Of a stretch of 64,000 nucleotides of DNA, positions 41,492 to 52,566 are shown piece after piece. This DNA comes from Escherichia coli. GTDB taxonomy: Bacteria > Pseudomonadota > Gammaproteobacteria > Enterobacterales > Enterobacteriaceae. The position numbers were made by a program, and so were the translations under genes. The stretch is taken from assembly GCF_029227855.1 (NCBI RefSeq), contig NZ_CP074356.1; one strand, 5' to 3'. The notes beneath the pieces were generated by a model. It saw only the letters and a program-made list of their open reading frames with translations. It did not search any database and was not told the DNA's origin. The number at the start of each line of letters is the position of its first letter. Within the stretch, counting starts at the first letter, position 1.

Positions 41492-43495
41492 TTACCCTTT
41501 TCGCTTCGGCAATGTTTTCAGCAGCTCATCCGGACTTACGGAGGCGACAACACTTCCCGGTAACGGCATTTTCAGAATGTGATTTTTAATTTTGCCGATG
41601 ACGTGCATCTCGCATGGGCGGCAATCAAACTTTAGCGTTAATACTTCATCGCCGTTAACCAGTTGCATTGGCGTCGCCTTCCAGCTTTTGATATTGCCTT
41701 TCGCCTGTTTCGGGCACAGATTGAAGGCAAAGCGCAAACAATGCTTAGTGATCATCACCGGGACTTCGCCCTTCTCTTCATGTGCCTCATACGCCGCGTC
41801 AATCAGCTGCACACCGTAGCGATGATAAAATTCACGCGCTTTCTGGTTGTATACGTTCGCGAGGAAACTCAGATGCGTTTGCGGATAAACCGGCGCAGGA
41901 TCAGCAACCGGTTTACGGCTGCCCCGCTGGTAACCGGCAAGACGTGCAGCATCCAGCATGTCGGCGGCTTCACGGCGGAACTGGTTTAACAGACTGTTTG
42001 GTACAAACAGCGCACCCGGCAAATTAATTTGCACATCGCGGGCGTAATAGATGGTTTGCCCCAGTTTTGCCAGACCATCCTTTAGATTGTTCATTGCTTT
42101 TTCGGCGTTATTGGCTTCGTCGAACTGCCCATCCAGCGTATGCGTGATGCTGACACCCTCTTCACTGGTGAGGGTCAGAATCAGTTGTTCCTGCCAGCCG
42201 CCCAGTTCAATGTCTACCGCCACCCGACGTTCGCTGGAGGTTTTTGTCAGTGCCTGCTGCCAGTTATGATCAAGATTACGGTTTAGTGGGTGATGCGGGC
42301 GAATTTTGTGCAACTCTGCTGGCATTTCATTGGGCCAGACGCGGTACTGATTTTCTCCGGTTTTCTCGACCGTATTGGCACGAAAGCCGACGACTTCACG
42401 TTTAATCATCACGTTCAGGCCATCGCCATTTGCCAGTGGTTCGGAAACGGCAACATCGAGATGATCTTTCGCCACTTTCAATACTTCACCCACCGGCAGG
42501 CCGATAAATTTCGGCGAATCGAACGCGCCAATATCGCCTTTACGGGCATTCACAAAATAATCTGTGCTACCACGGTGGAAAGTCTTTTCCGTCGATGGAA
42601 CAAAGAAATGTTCAGTACGACCTGATGAAGCACGCGTCAGATCGCCACGTTCTTCAATAATGGCATCCAGCATCTGGCGATAATGGGCGGTGATATTCTT
42701 CACGTAGCTCATATCTTTGTAACGCCCTTCAATCTTGAAGGAGCGTACGCCAGCATCAATCAGCGCGCCGAGGTTGGCAGTCTGATCGTTATCTTTCATC
42801 GACAGCAGATGTTTTTCATAGGAAACCACCCGCCCCTGATCGTCTTTCAATGTGTATGGCAAACGGCACGCCTGCGAGCAATCGCCACGGTTGGCGCTAC
42901 GCCCTGTTTGCGCATGAGAAATGTAGCACTGACCCGAATAGGCCACGCACAGTGCGCCATGAATAAAGAATTCAATGGTCGCGTCCGTGGCCTGGTGAAT
43001 CGCGCGGATCTGCTCAAGATTCAGCTCTCGCGCCAGCACAATCTGCGTGAAGCCAACATCAGAGAGGAACTTCGCTTTTTCTACTGTACGAATGTCGCAC
43101 TGCGTACTGGCGTGCAGTTCAATCGGCGGAATATCAAGTTCCAGAATCCCCATATCCTGAACAATCAGCGCATCGACGCCGGTCTGGTAGAGGTCAGTAA
43201 TCAGCCGTTGCGCGGGTTCCAGCTCATCATCATGCAAAATTGTGTTAAGCGTGACGAAAATTTTTGCACCATAACGATGGGCAAACGGCACCAGCTCGGC
43301 AATATCTTTCAGGCTATTACTGGCATTATGACGGGCACCAAAACCAGGGCCGCCGATATAAACAGCATCGGCACCGTGCAAAATAGCTTCGCGGGCAATG
43401 GCGGCATCGCGTGCCGGACTTAACAGTTCAAGACGATGAGAAGATACGGTCACTTTCTTATCCAGTAGCTGAAAAATGGCGGCTATTTTAGCCAC
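41492..43495 (-). CDS. rlhA: Peptidase U32-family protein (RlhA/YdcP)
   Basis: 667-aa ORF as tracked (non-ATG start); U32 family sequence; true start may be about 14 codons downstream. Confidence 0.8.
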   Translation of the reverse strand: MAKIAAIFQLLDKKVTVSSHRLELLSPARDAAIAREAILHGADAVYIGGPGFGARHNASNSLKDIAELVPFAHRYGAKIFVTLNTILHDDELEPAQRLITDLYQTGVDALIVQDMGILELDIPPIELHASTQCDIRTVEKAKFLSDVGFTQIVLARELNLEQIRAIHQATDATIEFFIHGALCVAYSGQCYISHAQTGRSANRGDCSQACRLPYTLKDDQGRVVSYEKHLLSMKDNDQTANLGALIDAGVRSFKIEGRYKDMSYVKNITAHYRQMLDAIIEERGDLTRASSGRTEHFFVPSTEKTFHRGSTDYFVNARKGDIGAFDSPKFIGLPVGEVLKVAKDHLDVAVSEPLANGDGLNVMIKREVVGFRANTVEKTGENQYRVWPNEMPAELHKIRPHHPLNRNLDHNWQQALTKTSSERRVAVDIELGGWQEQLILTLTSEEGVSITHTLDGQFDEANNAEKAMNNLKDGLAKLGQTIYYARDVQINLPGALFVPNSLLNQFRREAADMLDAARLAGYQRGSRKPVADPAPVYPQTHLSFLANVYNQKAREFYHRYGVQLIDAAYEAHEEKGEVPVMITKHCLRFAFNLCPKQAKGNIKSWKATPMQLVNGDEVLTLKFDCRPCEMHVIGKIKNHILKMPLPGSVVASVSPDELLKTLPKRKG

Positions 43496-43525
43496 AAGCG
43501 CGACGTTGCGAAATAGTTTTCCCGC

Positions 43526-44062
43526 TTAACTGCGCGGGTAATGGATGAGGGAATGAAAATGTACGGTTTGCTCCCCTCCATTACGATAGACATGCGTGAC
43601 GTCTGCAGCAAATCGAGCGCCGTCCCCACAATTAAGGCTCTGCCATTCACCATCAACGCACAGATCAAGTTGTCCATCAATGACGACAACATGTTCGATT
43701 ACCCCCTTCTCATGGGGCGTCGATTCGCTTATTGCACCGGGTGCCATCTGAATCGAGAAGTGTTCAAAGCAGAGTTGTGGATCATAAGGAAACAGCGAAG
43801 TGATCACCATCGCCTGCTGTTGCGGATCATAAACTGAAGGCGTAGCGGACTGAGGCGGAGAAATAAATGTCGAAAATGGCACGTTCAACCCGGTGGCTAT
43901 TTTCCATAATGTCGCGACCGTCGGGCTGGATTCATTACGCTCAATCTGCCCTAACATCGCTTTAGAAACGCCCGTCGCTTCTGCCAGTCGCGAAAGACTC
44001 CAGCCGCGCTGCTGACGTAGTTGTTTAAGTGTGGTGGATAAAAAGCGAGCGAGATTTTCCAT
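43526..44062 (-). CDS. ydcN: XRE-family HTH regulator with cupin domain
   Basis: 178 aa; N-terminal HTH; divergent from ydcO. Confidence 0.85.
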   Translation of the reverse strand: MENLARFLSTTLKQLRQQRGWSLSRLAEATGVSKAMLGQIERNESSPTVATLWKIATGLNVPFSTFISPPQSATPSVYDPQQQAMVITSLFPYDPQLCFEHFSIQMAPGAISESTPHEKGVIEHVVVIDGQLDLCVDGEWQSLNCGDGARFAADVTHVYRNGGEQTVHFHSLIHYPRS

Positions 44063-44153
44063 GCGACTCCTCCGGCAAAACGTAAGTTTATCACTTGTGC
44101 GTTATAACGGACAAATGCTACGGTGCCTGTATGCTATAACGCACGAGGTGACT

Positions 44154-45326
44154 ATGCGTCTGTTTTCTATTCCTCCGCCCACGCTACTTGCGGGGTTTCT
44201 GGCGGTATTAATTGGCTACGCCAGTTCAGCGGCAATAATCTGGCAAGCAGCGATTGTCGCCGGAGCCACCACTGCACAAATCTCTGGCTGGATGACGGCG
44301 CTGGGGTTGGCAATGGGCGTCAGTACGCTGGCTCTGACATTATGGTATCGCGTACCTGTTCTCACCGCATGGTCAACGCCTGGCGCGGCTTTGTTGGTCA
44401 CCGGATTACAGGGACTAACACTTAACGAAGCCATCGGCGTTTTTATTGTCACCAACGCGTTAATAGTCCTCTGCGGCATAACGGGACTCTTTGCTCGTCT
44501 GATGCGCATTATTCCGCACTCGCTTGCGGCGGCAATGCTTGCCGGGATTTTATTACGCTTTGGTTTACAGGCGTTTGCCAGTCTGGATGGTCAATCTACG
44601 TTGTGTGGAAGTATGTTGCTGGCATGGCTGGCAGCCAAGGCCGTTGCGCCGCGCTATGCGGTAATTGCCGCGATGATTATTGGGATCGTCATCGTTATCG
44701 CGCAAGGTGACGTTGTCACAAATGATGTTGTCTTTAAACCCGTTCTCCCCACTTATATTACCCCTGATTTTGCGTTTGCTCACAGCCTGAGCGTTGCACT
44801 CCCCCTTTTTCTGGTGACGATGGCATCGCAAAACGCACCGGGTATCGCAGCAATGAAAGCCGCCGGATATTCGGCTCCTGTTTCGCCATTAATTGTATTT
44901 ACTGGATTACTGGCACTGGTTTTTTCCCCTTTCGGCGTTTATTCCGTCGGTATTGCGGCAATCACCGCGGCTATTTGCCAAAGCCCGGAAGCGCATCCGG
45001 ATAAAGATCAACGTTGGCTGGCCGCTGCCGTTGCAGGCATTTTCTATTTGCTCGCAGGTCTGTTTGGTAGTGCCATTACCGGGATGATGGCTGCCCTGCC
45101 CGTAAGTTGGATCCAGATGCTGGCAGGTCTGGCGCTGTTGAGTACCATTGGCGGCAGTTTGTATCAGGCGCTGCATAATGAGCGTGAGCGCGACGCGGCG
45201 GTGGTGGCATTTCTGGTAACGGCAAGTGGATTGACGCTGTTCGGGATTGGTTCTGCGTTTTGGGGATTAATTGCCGGAGGCGTTTGTTACGTGGTGTTGA
45301 ATTTAATCGCTAACAGAAACCGATAA
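44154..45326 (+). CDS. ydcO: BenE-family membrane transporter
   Basis: Start at MRLFSIPPPT gives 390 aa; highly hydrophobic. Confidence 0.8.
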   Translation: MRLFSIPPPTLLAGFLAVLIGYASSAAIIWQAAIVAGATTAQISGWMTALGLAMGVSTLALTLWYRVPVLTAWSTPGAALLVTGLQGLTLNEAIGVFIVTNALIVLCGITGLFARLMRIIPHSLAAAMLAGILLRFGLQAFASLDGQSTLCGSMLLAWLAAKAVAPRYAVIAAMIIGIVIVIAQGDVVTNDVVFKPVLPTYITPDFAFAHSLSVALPLFLVTMASQNAPGIAAMKAAGYSAPVSPLIVFTGLLALVFSPFGVYSVGIAAITAAICQSPEAHPDKDQRWLAAAVAGIFYLLAGLFGSAITGMMAALPVSWIQMLAGLALLSTIGGSLYQALHNERERDAAVVAFLVTASGLTLFGIGSAFWGLIAGGVCYVVLNLIANRNR

Positions 45327-45352
45327 TAAAAAGCGCCATCTAACGATGGCGC
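45326..45352 (-). terminator. Intrinsic terminator for ydcL (between convergent ydcO and ydcL)
   Basis: Hairpin gcgccatc-taac-gatggcgc followed on the minus strand by a U-run. Confidence 0.6.
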
Positions 45353-45360
45353 GTCTGGAA

Positions 45361-46029
45361 CTACTTTTTGTTAACGTCAAACATGGTGGCATCGGTCGCC
45401 ATGTCATCAATAACTTGTTTAATATTTTCGAAAGCCATTGGCGTACTTTCGTTATTCAGGTCTTTACCTTCGCCCTGACGAACGACTTTGATAACCGGTT
45501 TATTAGTCGCTGCATCAATCAGCTCACCTTCAAAATAGAGGCGAGTATCCATGGTACGGTGGCCTGTAGCCATTTGCGTCCCCGCAACCACTAATGCAAC
45601 AGGAACCACTTCATAGAATTGCAGCCCTTCTTTGCTGGTATCTACACCGGTAATGGCCCCACGGAAAATCAGACTATGCGGCCCAGCGGTGGTAACCAGT
45701 GGTTTACGCTGCGCTATCGCTTCTTTCATTTCGGTGTTGGTATAGTTCAAAATTTTATCCAGAACTTTCTGCCCTACCTGGGTAGAAGGTTTCGGTACCG
45801 GATAATAAGTGATTGGGTTCCAGACGATGCTGTCATATTTGCTTTGATCAAAACTTGGGTCTACCCAACGTAAAACAGGTTTACCTGTTGCCGAGGTTGT
45901 TTCTTTTAAATCAGAGTAATTGTTTAAAAAACCAGAATATTTATCTGGCTGGGTGATTTTAGAGGCACAACCAGACAGAGCCAACAAGCCGCATAAAGCT
46001 GCAACTTTCGCAAATGATGTGGTACGCAT
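45361..46029 (-). CDS. ydcL: Lipoprotein YdcL
   Basis: 222 aa; lipobox LALSGC. Confidence 0.85.
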   Translation of the reverse strand: MRTTSFAKVAALCGLLALSGCASKITQPDKYSGFLNNYSDLKETTSATGKPVLRWVDPSFDQSKYDSIVWNPITYYPVPKPSTQVGQKVLDKILNYTNTEMKEAIAQRKPLVTTAGPHSLIFRGAITGVDTSKEGLQFYEVVPVALVVAGTQMATGHRTMDTRLYFEGELIDAATNKPVIKVVRQGEGKDLNNESTPMAFENIKQVIDDMATDATMFDVNKK

Positions 46030-46331
46030 GAATAGTTTCCTGAGATGATTATATTACTTTCTAAGTTATAGCAAAAAGCGCCGCTTCGTGTTGTGGCAAA
46101 AAAAGTGTTGGTGAAAATAAATTTTTTAGCCCCTTTTCAGACGACATAGTCAATGCCGAAAAAGGGGCTAAGTCAATCATCAGTAGTTAAATTTCAGTAA
46201 GTTAAGCGGCTAAAAAACTTCGACTACTGTGATTAATTTCACATCCCTTCGATAAAAAATATGCTTACCGAAAAGAAGAACAGTAAACCATCTCAGCGTG
46301 GGGAATTTTCACGCGCTTTGTTCTTACCGGA

Positions 46332-46925
46332 TCATTTTTTACGTGCCAGCATCGTGGCGAAACGCAGTTTAATACGATTACCGTTGGCGTCGGTGCGGTG
46401 CAGCTCGCCGACGTCTTCATTGTATTTCACCATCTCCCAGCCTTCGTAATATCGACGTAATTCCCCCTCTTTGAAGGCAAACGGGAAGCCGACGGTACAT
46501 GGATAATCAGCGGTATCCATCGCCGCCACAATCAGGTTGTAACCGCCAGGTTTAGTGCAACGTTGCATATTGGCAATCAGCCCTGGGATGGTTTTAGCCT
46601 CAAGGAACATCAGCACCACAGTCGAAAGAATAAAATCGTACTGTCCATCAAATGTGAGGTTATTCAGATCAACGACCCGGGTGTGTAAATTATCCAGATT
46701 TTCAATGGACTTAATGCGCTCGACGTTGGCGATACTCATGGCATTTTTATCCCATGCGTCAACATCATAACCATTGGCTGCCAGGTAAAGACTGTTACGA
46801 CCATTGCCACAGCCCAGATCCAGCGTTTTACCCGGTTTAACCACTTTCACCGCTTCCAGTACTTCAGAGTGTGTGCGGGTTAATTCATATTTATCAGTAA
46901 AATAGTTTTCGTCACGAATGATCAT
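46332..46925 (-). CDS. tehB: Tellurite methyltransferase
   Basis: 197-aa SAM-dependent methyltransferase ([10 protein letters not shown]). Confidence 0.9.
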   Translation of the reverse strand: MIIRDENYFTDKYELTRTHSEVLEAVKVVKPGKTLDLGCGNGRNSLYLAANGYDVDAWDKNAMSIANVERIKSIENLDNLHTRVVDLNNLTFDGQYDFILSTVVLMFLEAKTIPGLIANMQRCTKPGGYNLIVAAMDTADYPCTVGFPFAFKEGELRRYYEGWEMVKYNEDVGELHRTDANGNRIKLRFATMLARKK

Positions 46926-47914
46926 TCTTTGTCCTCTGCTTTCATTAAAACGGCGCGCTCGGTTCTGACTAACAATTTTCCCTGCATCAGAAGCGCAAAA
47001 GTACGGATGAGCAGTATTGCAATAATAAAATTGGTAAAGATAAACAGCGGCACCGCCAGCGTATGGAAAAATCCATTATCGCTGCCACTCCCCAGATGCA
47101 AACCGGTGGTTGCCAGTGCAGATACGCCGAACGAGAAACTCCAGAATGAAGCATTAAATGGCTGGGAGAGATACCATGGCATCAGACGTAGCATAAACAG
47201 CAGTTGCAGCAGTCCATAACCGAAAAGCATTTTCGCCAGCGTGTCACCCTCGCCGCCGTTGACGCTCAGCCAGGCACTACAGGCCACCAGCGCAGGAGCG
47301 AGCTGAATGCCGAGTGATGTCCGCAGCGCCGTGGGTAATTCTCCCGAACTGCGCAGACGCTGCAAGATCACAGGTTCAAGGCTTAGCCATGAGAAAACGC
47401 CTGCGCCTAAAAACACCAGACCGGCGTCGGTGTAGCCCAACGCACCACAGGCCATTGCGCTGATAAAGTTGTTGGCAACTGTCGGCAGATACAGTCCAGG
47501 CGTGGTAGCTTCTTCAGGGTGAGATCCGCGCCATAATCCCGCAGTTTGCCATGCGGCATAAGCCAGTTGCACCACGACACCAAAACTGAACAGGCACACC
47601 GCCAGTGGGCGAAACCACGGAACAAAACCAATCGCCACCAGCATCGTCGTTGCCGGAAACAAACTCACAAAACTACTCAGCACTGGATGGCGCACTTCCG
47701 CCAGCACGCTATGCGGAAAGCGTATGAGTCGGGTAATAAATGCGCTAGTTAATAATCCCCAGATGATCATCGCCAGAATCACCAGCCCATCCCCTAACCA
47801 GTGGCTGACCTGCCAAACCTGGCTGGCATAGCGCCAGGCAAATCCCATCCCTATCGTCCCCAACACAATACCAAAGTAGCCTGCCGGCAAATTGAGCACT
47901 TTATCGCTCTGCAT
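46922..47914 (-). CDS. tehA: Tellurite resistance membrane protein TehA
   Basis: Start at MQSDKVLNL gives 330 aa; 4-nt overlap with tehB. Confidence 0.85.
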   Translation of the reverse strand: MQSDKVLNLPAGYFGIVLGTIGMGFAWRYASQVWQVSHWLGDGLVILAMIIWGLLTSAFITRLIRFPHSVLAEVRHPVLSSFVSLFPATTMLVAIGFVPWFRPLAVCLFSFGVVVQLAYAAWQTAGLWRGSHPEEATTPGLYLPTVANNFISAMACGALGYTDAGLVFLGAGVFSWLSLEPVILQRLRSSGELPTALRTSLGIQLAPALVACSAWLSVNGGEGDTLAKMLFGYGLLQLLFMLRLMPWYLSQPFNASFWSFSFGVSALATTGLHLGSGSDNGFFHTLAVPLFIFTNFIIAILLIRTFALLMQGKLLVRTERAVLMKAEDKE

Positions 47915-48037
47915 CTTCTTACTCATTTTGTTTAATTTATAAAGTATATTTGAAATGCATTTTATGGAATTTTCTCGAGCATAGCCAGAGCCGCAGAATT
48001 TGCTACGGTTATAGTAAGTCACCTGTGGGAAAACGCT

Positions 48038-49018
48038 ATGCGCAAATATCGTCTAAGTGAAGAACAGCGAGCCTTTAGTTATCAGGAAGATGGCACTAAA
48101 AAAAGTGTGTTATTACGGCAGATTATCGCCATTAGCGATTTTAACGATGTGATAGCAGGAACCGCTGGCGGCTGGATCGATCGCGAAACGGTGTTAGCAC
48201 AGGAAGGAAATTGCTGGATTTACAACCAGAATGCTATTGCGTTCGGCGGAACGGTGATTTCCGGTAATACGCGTATCACCGGCACCAGCATGCTGTGGGG
48301 AGAGGTTTACGCAACGGATAACGTCTGGATCGATAATAGTGAAATCAGCCAGGGTGCATATATAAGTGACAGTGTCACCATTCATGACTCATTAGTTTAC
48401 GGGCAATGTAGAATATTTGGTCACGCCTTAATTGATCAACATTCTATGATCGTCGCCGCACAAGGCTTAACGCCCGACCATCAACTCCTGCTCCAAATTT
48501 ATGATCGCGCAAGGGTTAGCGCCTCGCGTATTGTCCACCAGGCACAAATTTATGGCGATGCCGTCGTCCGGTATGCTTTTATTGAACATCGCGCCGAAGT
48601 TTTTGATTTTGCCAGCGTTGAAGGTAATGAAGAGAACAACGTCTGGCTATGCGATTGCGCTAAAGTCTACGGTCACGCGCAGGTGAAAGCTGGCATAGAA
48701 GAAGATGCCATTCCGACGATTCATTACAGTTCGCAGGTGGCGGAATATGCCATTGTGGAAGGTAATTGTGTGTTAAAACATCATGTCTTGATTGGCGGAA
48801 ATGCCGTGGTATGTGGCGGACCGATTCTGCTCGACGAGCACGTTGTCATACAAGGTGAGAGCCGTATTACAGGTGCGGTGATAATTGAAAACCATGTGGA
48901 GTTAACCGACCACGCCGTCGTTGAAGCCTTTGATGGCGACACGGTTCATGTCCGTGGTCCAAAAGTCATTAACGGCGAGGAACGCATTACTCGAACGCCA
49001 CTGGCAGGGTTATTGTGA
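48038..49018 (+). CDS. ydcK: Hexapeptide-repeat (left-handed beta-helix) protein YdcK
   Basis: 326 aa with repetitive hexapeptide pattern. Confidence 0.85.
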   Translation: MRKYRLSEEQRAFSYQEDGTKKSVLLRQIIAISDFNDVIAGTAGGWIDRETVLAQEGNCWIYNQNAIAFGGTVISGNTRITGTSMLWGEVYATDNVWIDNSEISQGAYISDSVTIHDSLVYGQCRIFGHALIDQHSMIVAAQGLTPDHQLLLQIYDRARVSASRIVHQAQIYGDAVVRYAFIEHRAEVFDFASVEGNEENNVWLCDCAKVYGHAQVKAGIEEDAIPTIHYSSQVAEYAIVEGNCVLKHHVLIGGNAVVCGGPILLDEHVVIQGESRITGAVIIENHVELTDHAVVEAFDGDTVHVRGPKVINGEERITRTPLAGLL

Positions 49019-49549
49019 ATCGATAATAAGCGCGTATAAGTTCACATCATCATAGGCATCATTCAGGAACTCAGCCTGTTTCAGGCAACCTTCAAGGATA
49101 AAACCATTGCGCAAAGCGACCTGGTTGCTTTGCGCATTGTCCACCCGACATTTGATCACGAAGCGTCTAAGTTCACCAGACTGAGCGTAATGATGAATCA
49201 ATGCCTGCAGCGCCTGAGAAATGATCCCCTGCCCCTGATGAGATTCGTCCAGCCAGTAGCCGATTTCAGCGGTTTTATTCAGTGGTTCAATACGATTAAA
49301 CGAGATAACGCCGATAAGTTCATCTTCTTTGAAAATCATGAACATTTTGGCATATCCGCGTTGATGCAACATTACATTGCCCTGCACCGTTTTTCGCGTG
49401 TCCTCTTCACTTTGAACAAACTGCGGCCAGTTTAGCGACTGCTGTAACCAGGTTTTATTTTTACAGATTAACTGATAAAGAGGTGTGACGTGATTTTCTG
49501 CAACAGCATGTAATTCAAGTGATTCGCTTACTTTTATCGTTTCAGTCAT
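49010..49549 (-). CDS. rimL: Ribosomal protein L7/L12 serine acetyltransferase
   Basis: Start at MTETIKV gives 179 aa; GNAT. Confidence 0.85.
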   Translation of the reverse strand: MTETIKVSESLELHAVAENHVTPLYQLICKNKTWLQQSLNWPQFVQSEEDTRKTVQGNVMLHQRGYAKMFMIFKEDELIGVISFNRIEPLNKTAEIGYWLDESHQGQGIISQALQALIHHYAQSGELRRFVIKCRVDNAQSNQVALRNGFILEGCLKQAEFLNDAYDDVNLYALIIDSQ

Positions 49550-49604
49550 CTTATCTCCAGTCACTCCATGCAGTTGTTAATAAATATCCTCCGGCATAGC
49601 CGGA

Positions 49605-50320
49605 GGTTTTTCAAATGCGCCTATAAGGCTCTCTTACCAGCCGCGCCCTAACAGGCGCACACGATCTGACATTTGCATCCAACTTCGTTACTTACGGCCC
49701 GTAAACGGGCTGCCCGGATAGGGAATCGATAACTGCTCTCCCATTTTATCCTCTTCAAGCTGGTGCTTTGTGTAATCCTGTATCTTCGCCGTGTTCTTAC
49801 CCACTGTATCGACGTAGTACCCTCTGCACCAGAACTCCCTGTTCCTGTATTTGAATTTCAAATCACCAAACTGCTCGTAAAGCATCAGACTGCTTTTCCC
49901 TTTCAGATATCCCATAAACCCGGATACGCTCATTTTAGGCGGGATCTCCACAAGCATATGGATATGATCTGCACAGCATTCAGCTTCCAGAATCCGTACG
50001 CTTTTCCACTCACACAGCTTTCTCAAAATACTGCCTATTGCTCTACGCTTCTCTCTGTAGAACACCTGTCTTCGGTATTTTGGCGCAAAAACTATGTGAT
50101 ATTTACAGTTCCATCGGGTGTGCGCTAAGCTCTTTTCGTTCCCCATTGGGACCCCCTTTTGATTTCTTGTTTGACACTTGCAGTTGCCAGACCGCAAGGT
50201 GTTTTAACAAATCAAAAGGGGTTTTAATAACAGGCTCAAAGCTGAAAGCTTTCCGGAACCCCCAGCCTAGCTGGGGGTTTTCTGTGCACAAAAAAGCCGC
50301 CTGGCTGGCGGCTTAGGAAA
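49605..50320 (-). mobile_element. IS200 insertion sequence (IS200/IS605 family)
   Basis: About 0.71 kb element with 459-bp tnpA, perfect palindrome near the tnpA-proximal end (aacccccagcctagctgggggtt, about 50260..50283) and a second hairpin; boundaries approximate. Confidence 0.75.
49688..50146 (-). CDS. tnpA: IS200 Y1 (HUH) transposase TnpA
   Basis: 152 aa starting MGNEKSLAHTRWNCKYHIVFAPKYRR; catalytic HxH (DHIHMLVEIPP) and Tyr region; near-identical to IS200 TnpA as remembered. Confidence 0.9.
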   Translation of the reverse strand: MGNEKSLAHTRWNCKYHIVFAPKYRRQVFYREKRRAIGSILRKLCEWKSVRILEAECCADHIHMLVEIPPKMSVSGFMGYLKGKSSLMLYEQFGDLKFKYRNREFWCRGYYVDTVGKNTAKIQDYTKHQLEEDKMGEQLSIPYPGSPFTGRK

Positions 50321-50322
50321 GT

Positions 50323-50547
50323 TTACACCTCTTTGACGCTCTCCTGCTGCAGGATTTTGAGCATCTCATCTTTTAACTGTAGCTTTTGTTTTTTCATGCG
50401 GACCACTTCCGCATTGTACCCTCGACCGTCGGAACCTTCCTTTCTGGCAATTTCATGATCAAGTTTATTGTGTTTATCGAACAAGGACATAAAGCGAGGA
50501 TTTTCGTTTTTCAGACGGGATATTAAATCTCGATATTCTGGAAACAT
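50323..50547 (-). CDS. ydcH: Small protein YdcH (DUF465)
   Basis: 74 aa from the second in-frame Met; synteny. Confidence 0.75.
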   Translation of the reverse strand: MFPEYRDLISRLKNENPRFMSLFDKHNKLDHEIARKEGSDGRGYNAEVVRMKKQKLQLKDEMLKILQQESVKEV

Positions 50548-50686
50548 ACGCACTCCCTGTTAGTGGCTGACAAGGTGTATCTGAAATACACACCATCAGA
50601 TTACTCATTTAACTTAGGGAAAAATGCGAGCGGGATCGTGTTTAACCAGACGGCACCTCCCGAAGAAGGTGCCGAAGAAAAAACGA

Positions 50687-52342
50687 CTAACTCATCACGC
50701 GGTCGTCAACATACTGACGTTTATCCGGCGCTGGCGGGAAATACTGATACAGCCATGTTTCACTGATAGCGTCCCCCTGACAACGCAGATACATCCGCAT
50801 ATCGACCGGATCAGTGGAGTCCGAAGTCGGATACCAGTCAAACTGAATACGATAACCATCAATTGGTTCAATATAGAGAATTTCGATTTGCTTCGCTTCC
50901 CCACTGGAAAGCGTAATCACCGGCTCAATGCCTTTTGGCGCGGCAGCTTTCAGATCACCACCAACGAAATCGACGGCAAAACGACGCGCCCATTTTTCGG
51001 GATAGTGTTCACCTGGAGCCCAACCTTCCGGGAAACCGCCCATGCCGGTACGCGTCGCCATAACGCGCGCTAATGGGCAATGAACAGGCGGTTGCGCGCT
51101 CCAGTACAAACGATACTGGAATGCAAACTCATCACCCGCTTTTACAGCTTTTTCTGGCTGCCAGAAGCAGACAATGTTATCCAGCGTTTCACCCGTAGTA
51201 GGGATTTCCATCAGGCCGATGGTGCCCTTACCCCACTTGTTACGCGGCTCCACCCACAGACTTGGGCGTTTGTTATACCAGCCCATAATGTCCTGATAAT
51301 GAGAGAAATCACGATCCAGTTGCAATAAACCAAACCCTTTCGGGTTGTTGTCGGTGTAAGCATTGAACTGCAATTTTTGCGGATTGTTCAGCGGACGACA
51401 AATCCACTCGCCATTGCCCCGCCACATGGACAGACGATCTGAGTCATGGATTTGCGGATGAATGGTGTCGCACATCCGACGTTCATTAGTACCGCAGCTG
51501 AACATGCTGGTCATCGGCGCAATGCCCAGCTGTTTAATGTCTTTGCGCGCATACAGGTGATTTTCCACATCCATAATCACCTGACTTTTCTCACAATGGA
51601 TAGTGAACTTATAGGCACCAGTAATGCTGGCGCTATCGAGCAACGCATAAACGGTAAAGGTGGTTGCCCCCGGTTTTACCGTATCAAACCAGAAGGCAGT
51701 AAAGTCGGGGAACTCTTCTTTACTGTCGGTGTAAGTGTCGATCGCCAGGCCGCGAGCCGACAAACCGTATTGATATGTATCATCAACCGCGCGGAAATAA
51801 CTCGCGCCGAGGAATGATACGACATCACGGCGCGCCAGTTCGGGGGCTTTAAACACGCGAAAACCGGCAAAACCGAGATCGCTTTGCCCTTCTAATTGTT
51901 TGGTATCAACACCCGCATCGTTGTATTTGAACAACTCCGGGCGAAAGTGAATTTCACGCGCCAGATGTGTTGCGGGATCAACAGAAAACATACGAACGCG
52001 GCGGCGGAATCCCATTCCCATATGGAAGAACTGAGCGTCTAGTTGACGGTTCTCAACGTTATGCCAGAGCGATTTTTCGGCGTCGTATTGAATACTGTTA
52101 TAAGCCTGCGGCGTCATTGTCGCCAGCGTGTCAGGTAACGGACGAGGCGCACCACGCCACGCGGTTTGCGCTAAGTCGTGCGCCATTGACTGTAGAATGG
52201 AGAAGTCAAAACGTTGGGTTTGCCCGTCGGCAATATCAGAATCTGCCGCGAATGCCGCCTGAGAAAAAAGAGAAGCAATGCCGCTGGTACCGCACACGGC
52301 GGCCATAGCCATTGAACCTTTAATAAATCGTCTACGATCCAT
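50687..52342 (-). CDS. opgD: Glucans biosynthesis protein D (periplasmic, Tat signal)
   Basis: 551 aa; twin-arginine signal [10 protein letters not shown]. Confidence 0.9.
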   Translation of the reverse strand: MDRRRFIKGSMAMAAVCGTSGIASLFSQAAFAADSDIADGQTQRFDFSILQSMAHDLAQTAWRGAPRPLPDTLATMTPQAYNSIQYDAEKSLWHNVENRQLDAQFFHMGMGFRRRVRMFSVDPATHLAREIHFRPELFKYNDAGVDTKQLEGQSDLGFAGFRVFKAPELARRDVVSFLGASYFRAVDDTYQYGLSARGLAIDTYTDSKEEFPDFTAFWFDTVKPGATTFTVYALLDSASITGAYKFTIHCEKSQVIMDVENHLYARKDIKQLGIAPMTSMFSCGTNERRMCDTIHPQIHDSDRLSMWRGNGEWICRPLNNPQKLQFNAYTDNNPKGFGLLQLDRDFSHYQDIMGWYNKRPSLWVEPRNKWGKGTIGLMEIPTTGETLDNIVCFWQPEKAVKAGDEFAFQYRLYWSAQPPVHCPLARVMATRTGMGGFPEGWAPGEHYPEKWARRFAVDFVGGDLKAAAPKGIEPVITLSSGEAKQIEILYIEPIDGYRIQFDWYPTSDSTDPVDMRMYLRCQGDAISETWLYQYFPPAPDKRQYVDDRVMS

Positions 52343-52566
52343 ACCTGAAAGTGAGTCCTTCTGGTGTTGTGAATGGTCCCGCGCTGGTCGTTTTCAGCGG
52401 CAAGAAAGTGCTTATTTATGACCGCTCACTCTAGACAATATTTATTAATAATCCAATTGTTGAACTGAGAGAATATGCATAAATCGGCAATTTTTTTATG
52501 TCGATGGGATGAGCCTGATTCGTTTGTAAAATCAGGCAAATTTTTGCAAAGGCGGATGGTCAGAAT

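Noticed and set aside
42683-43423. 246-aa plus-strand ORF inside rlhA/ydcP
   Set aside because: Antisense to a conserved U32 peptidase-family gene; no independent support.
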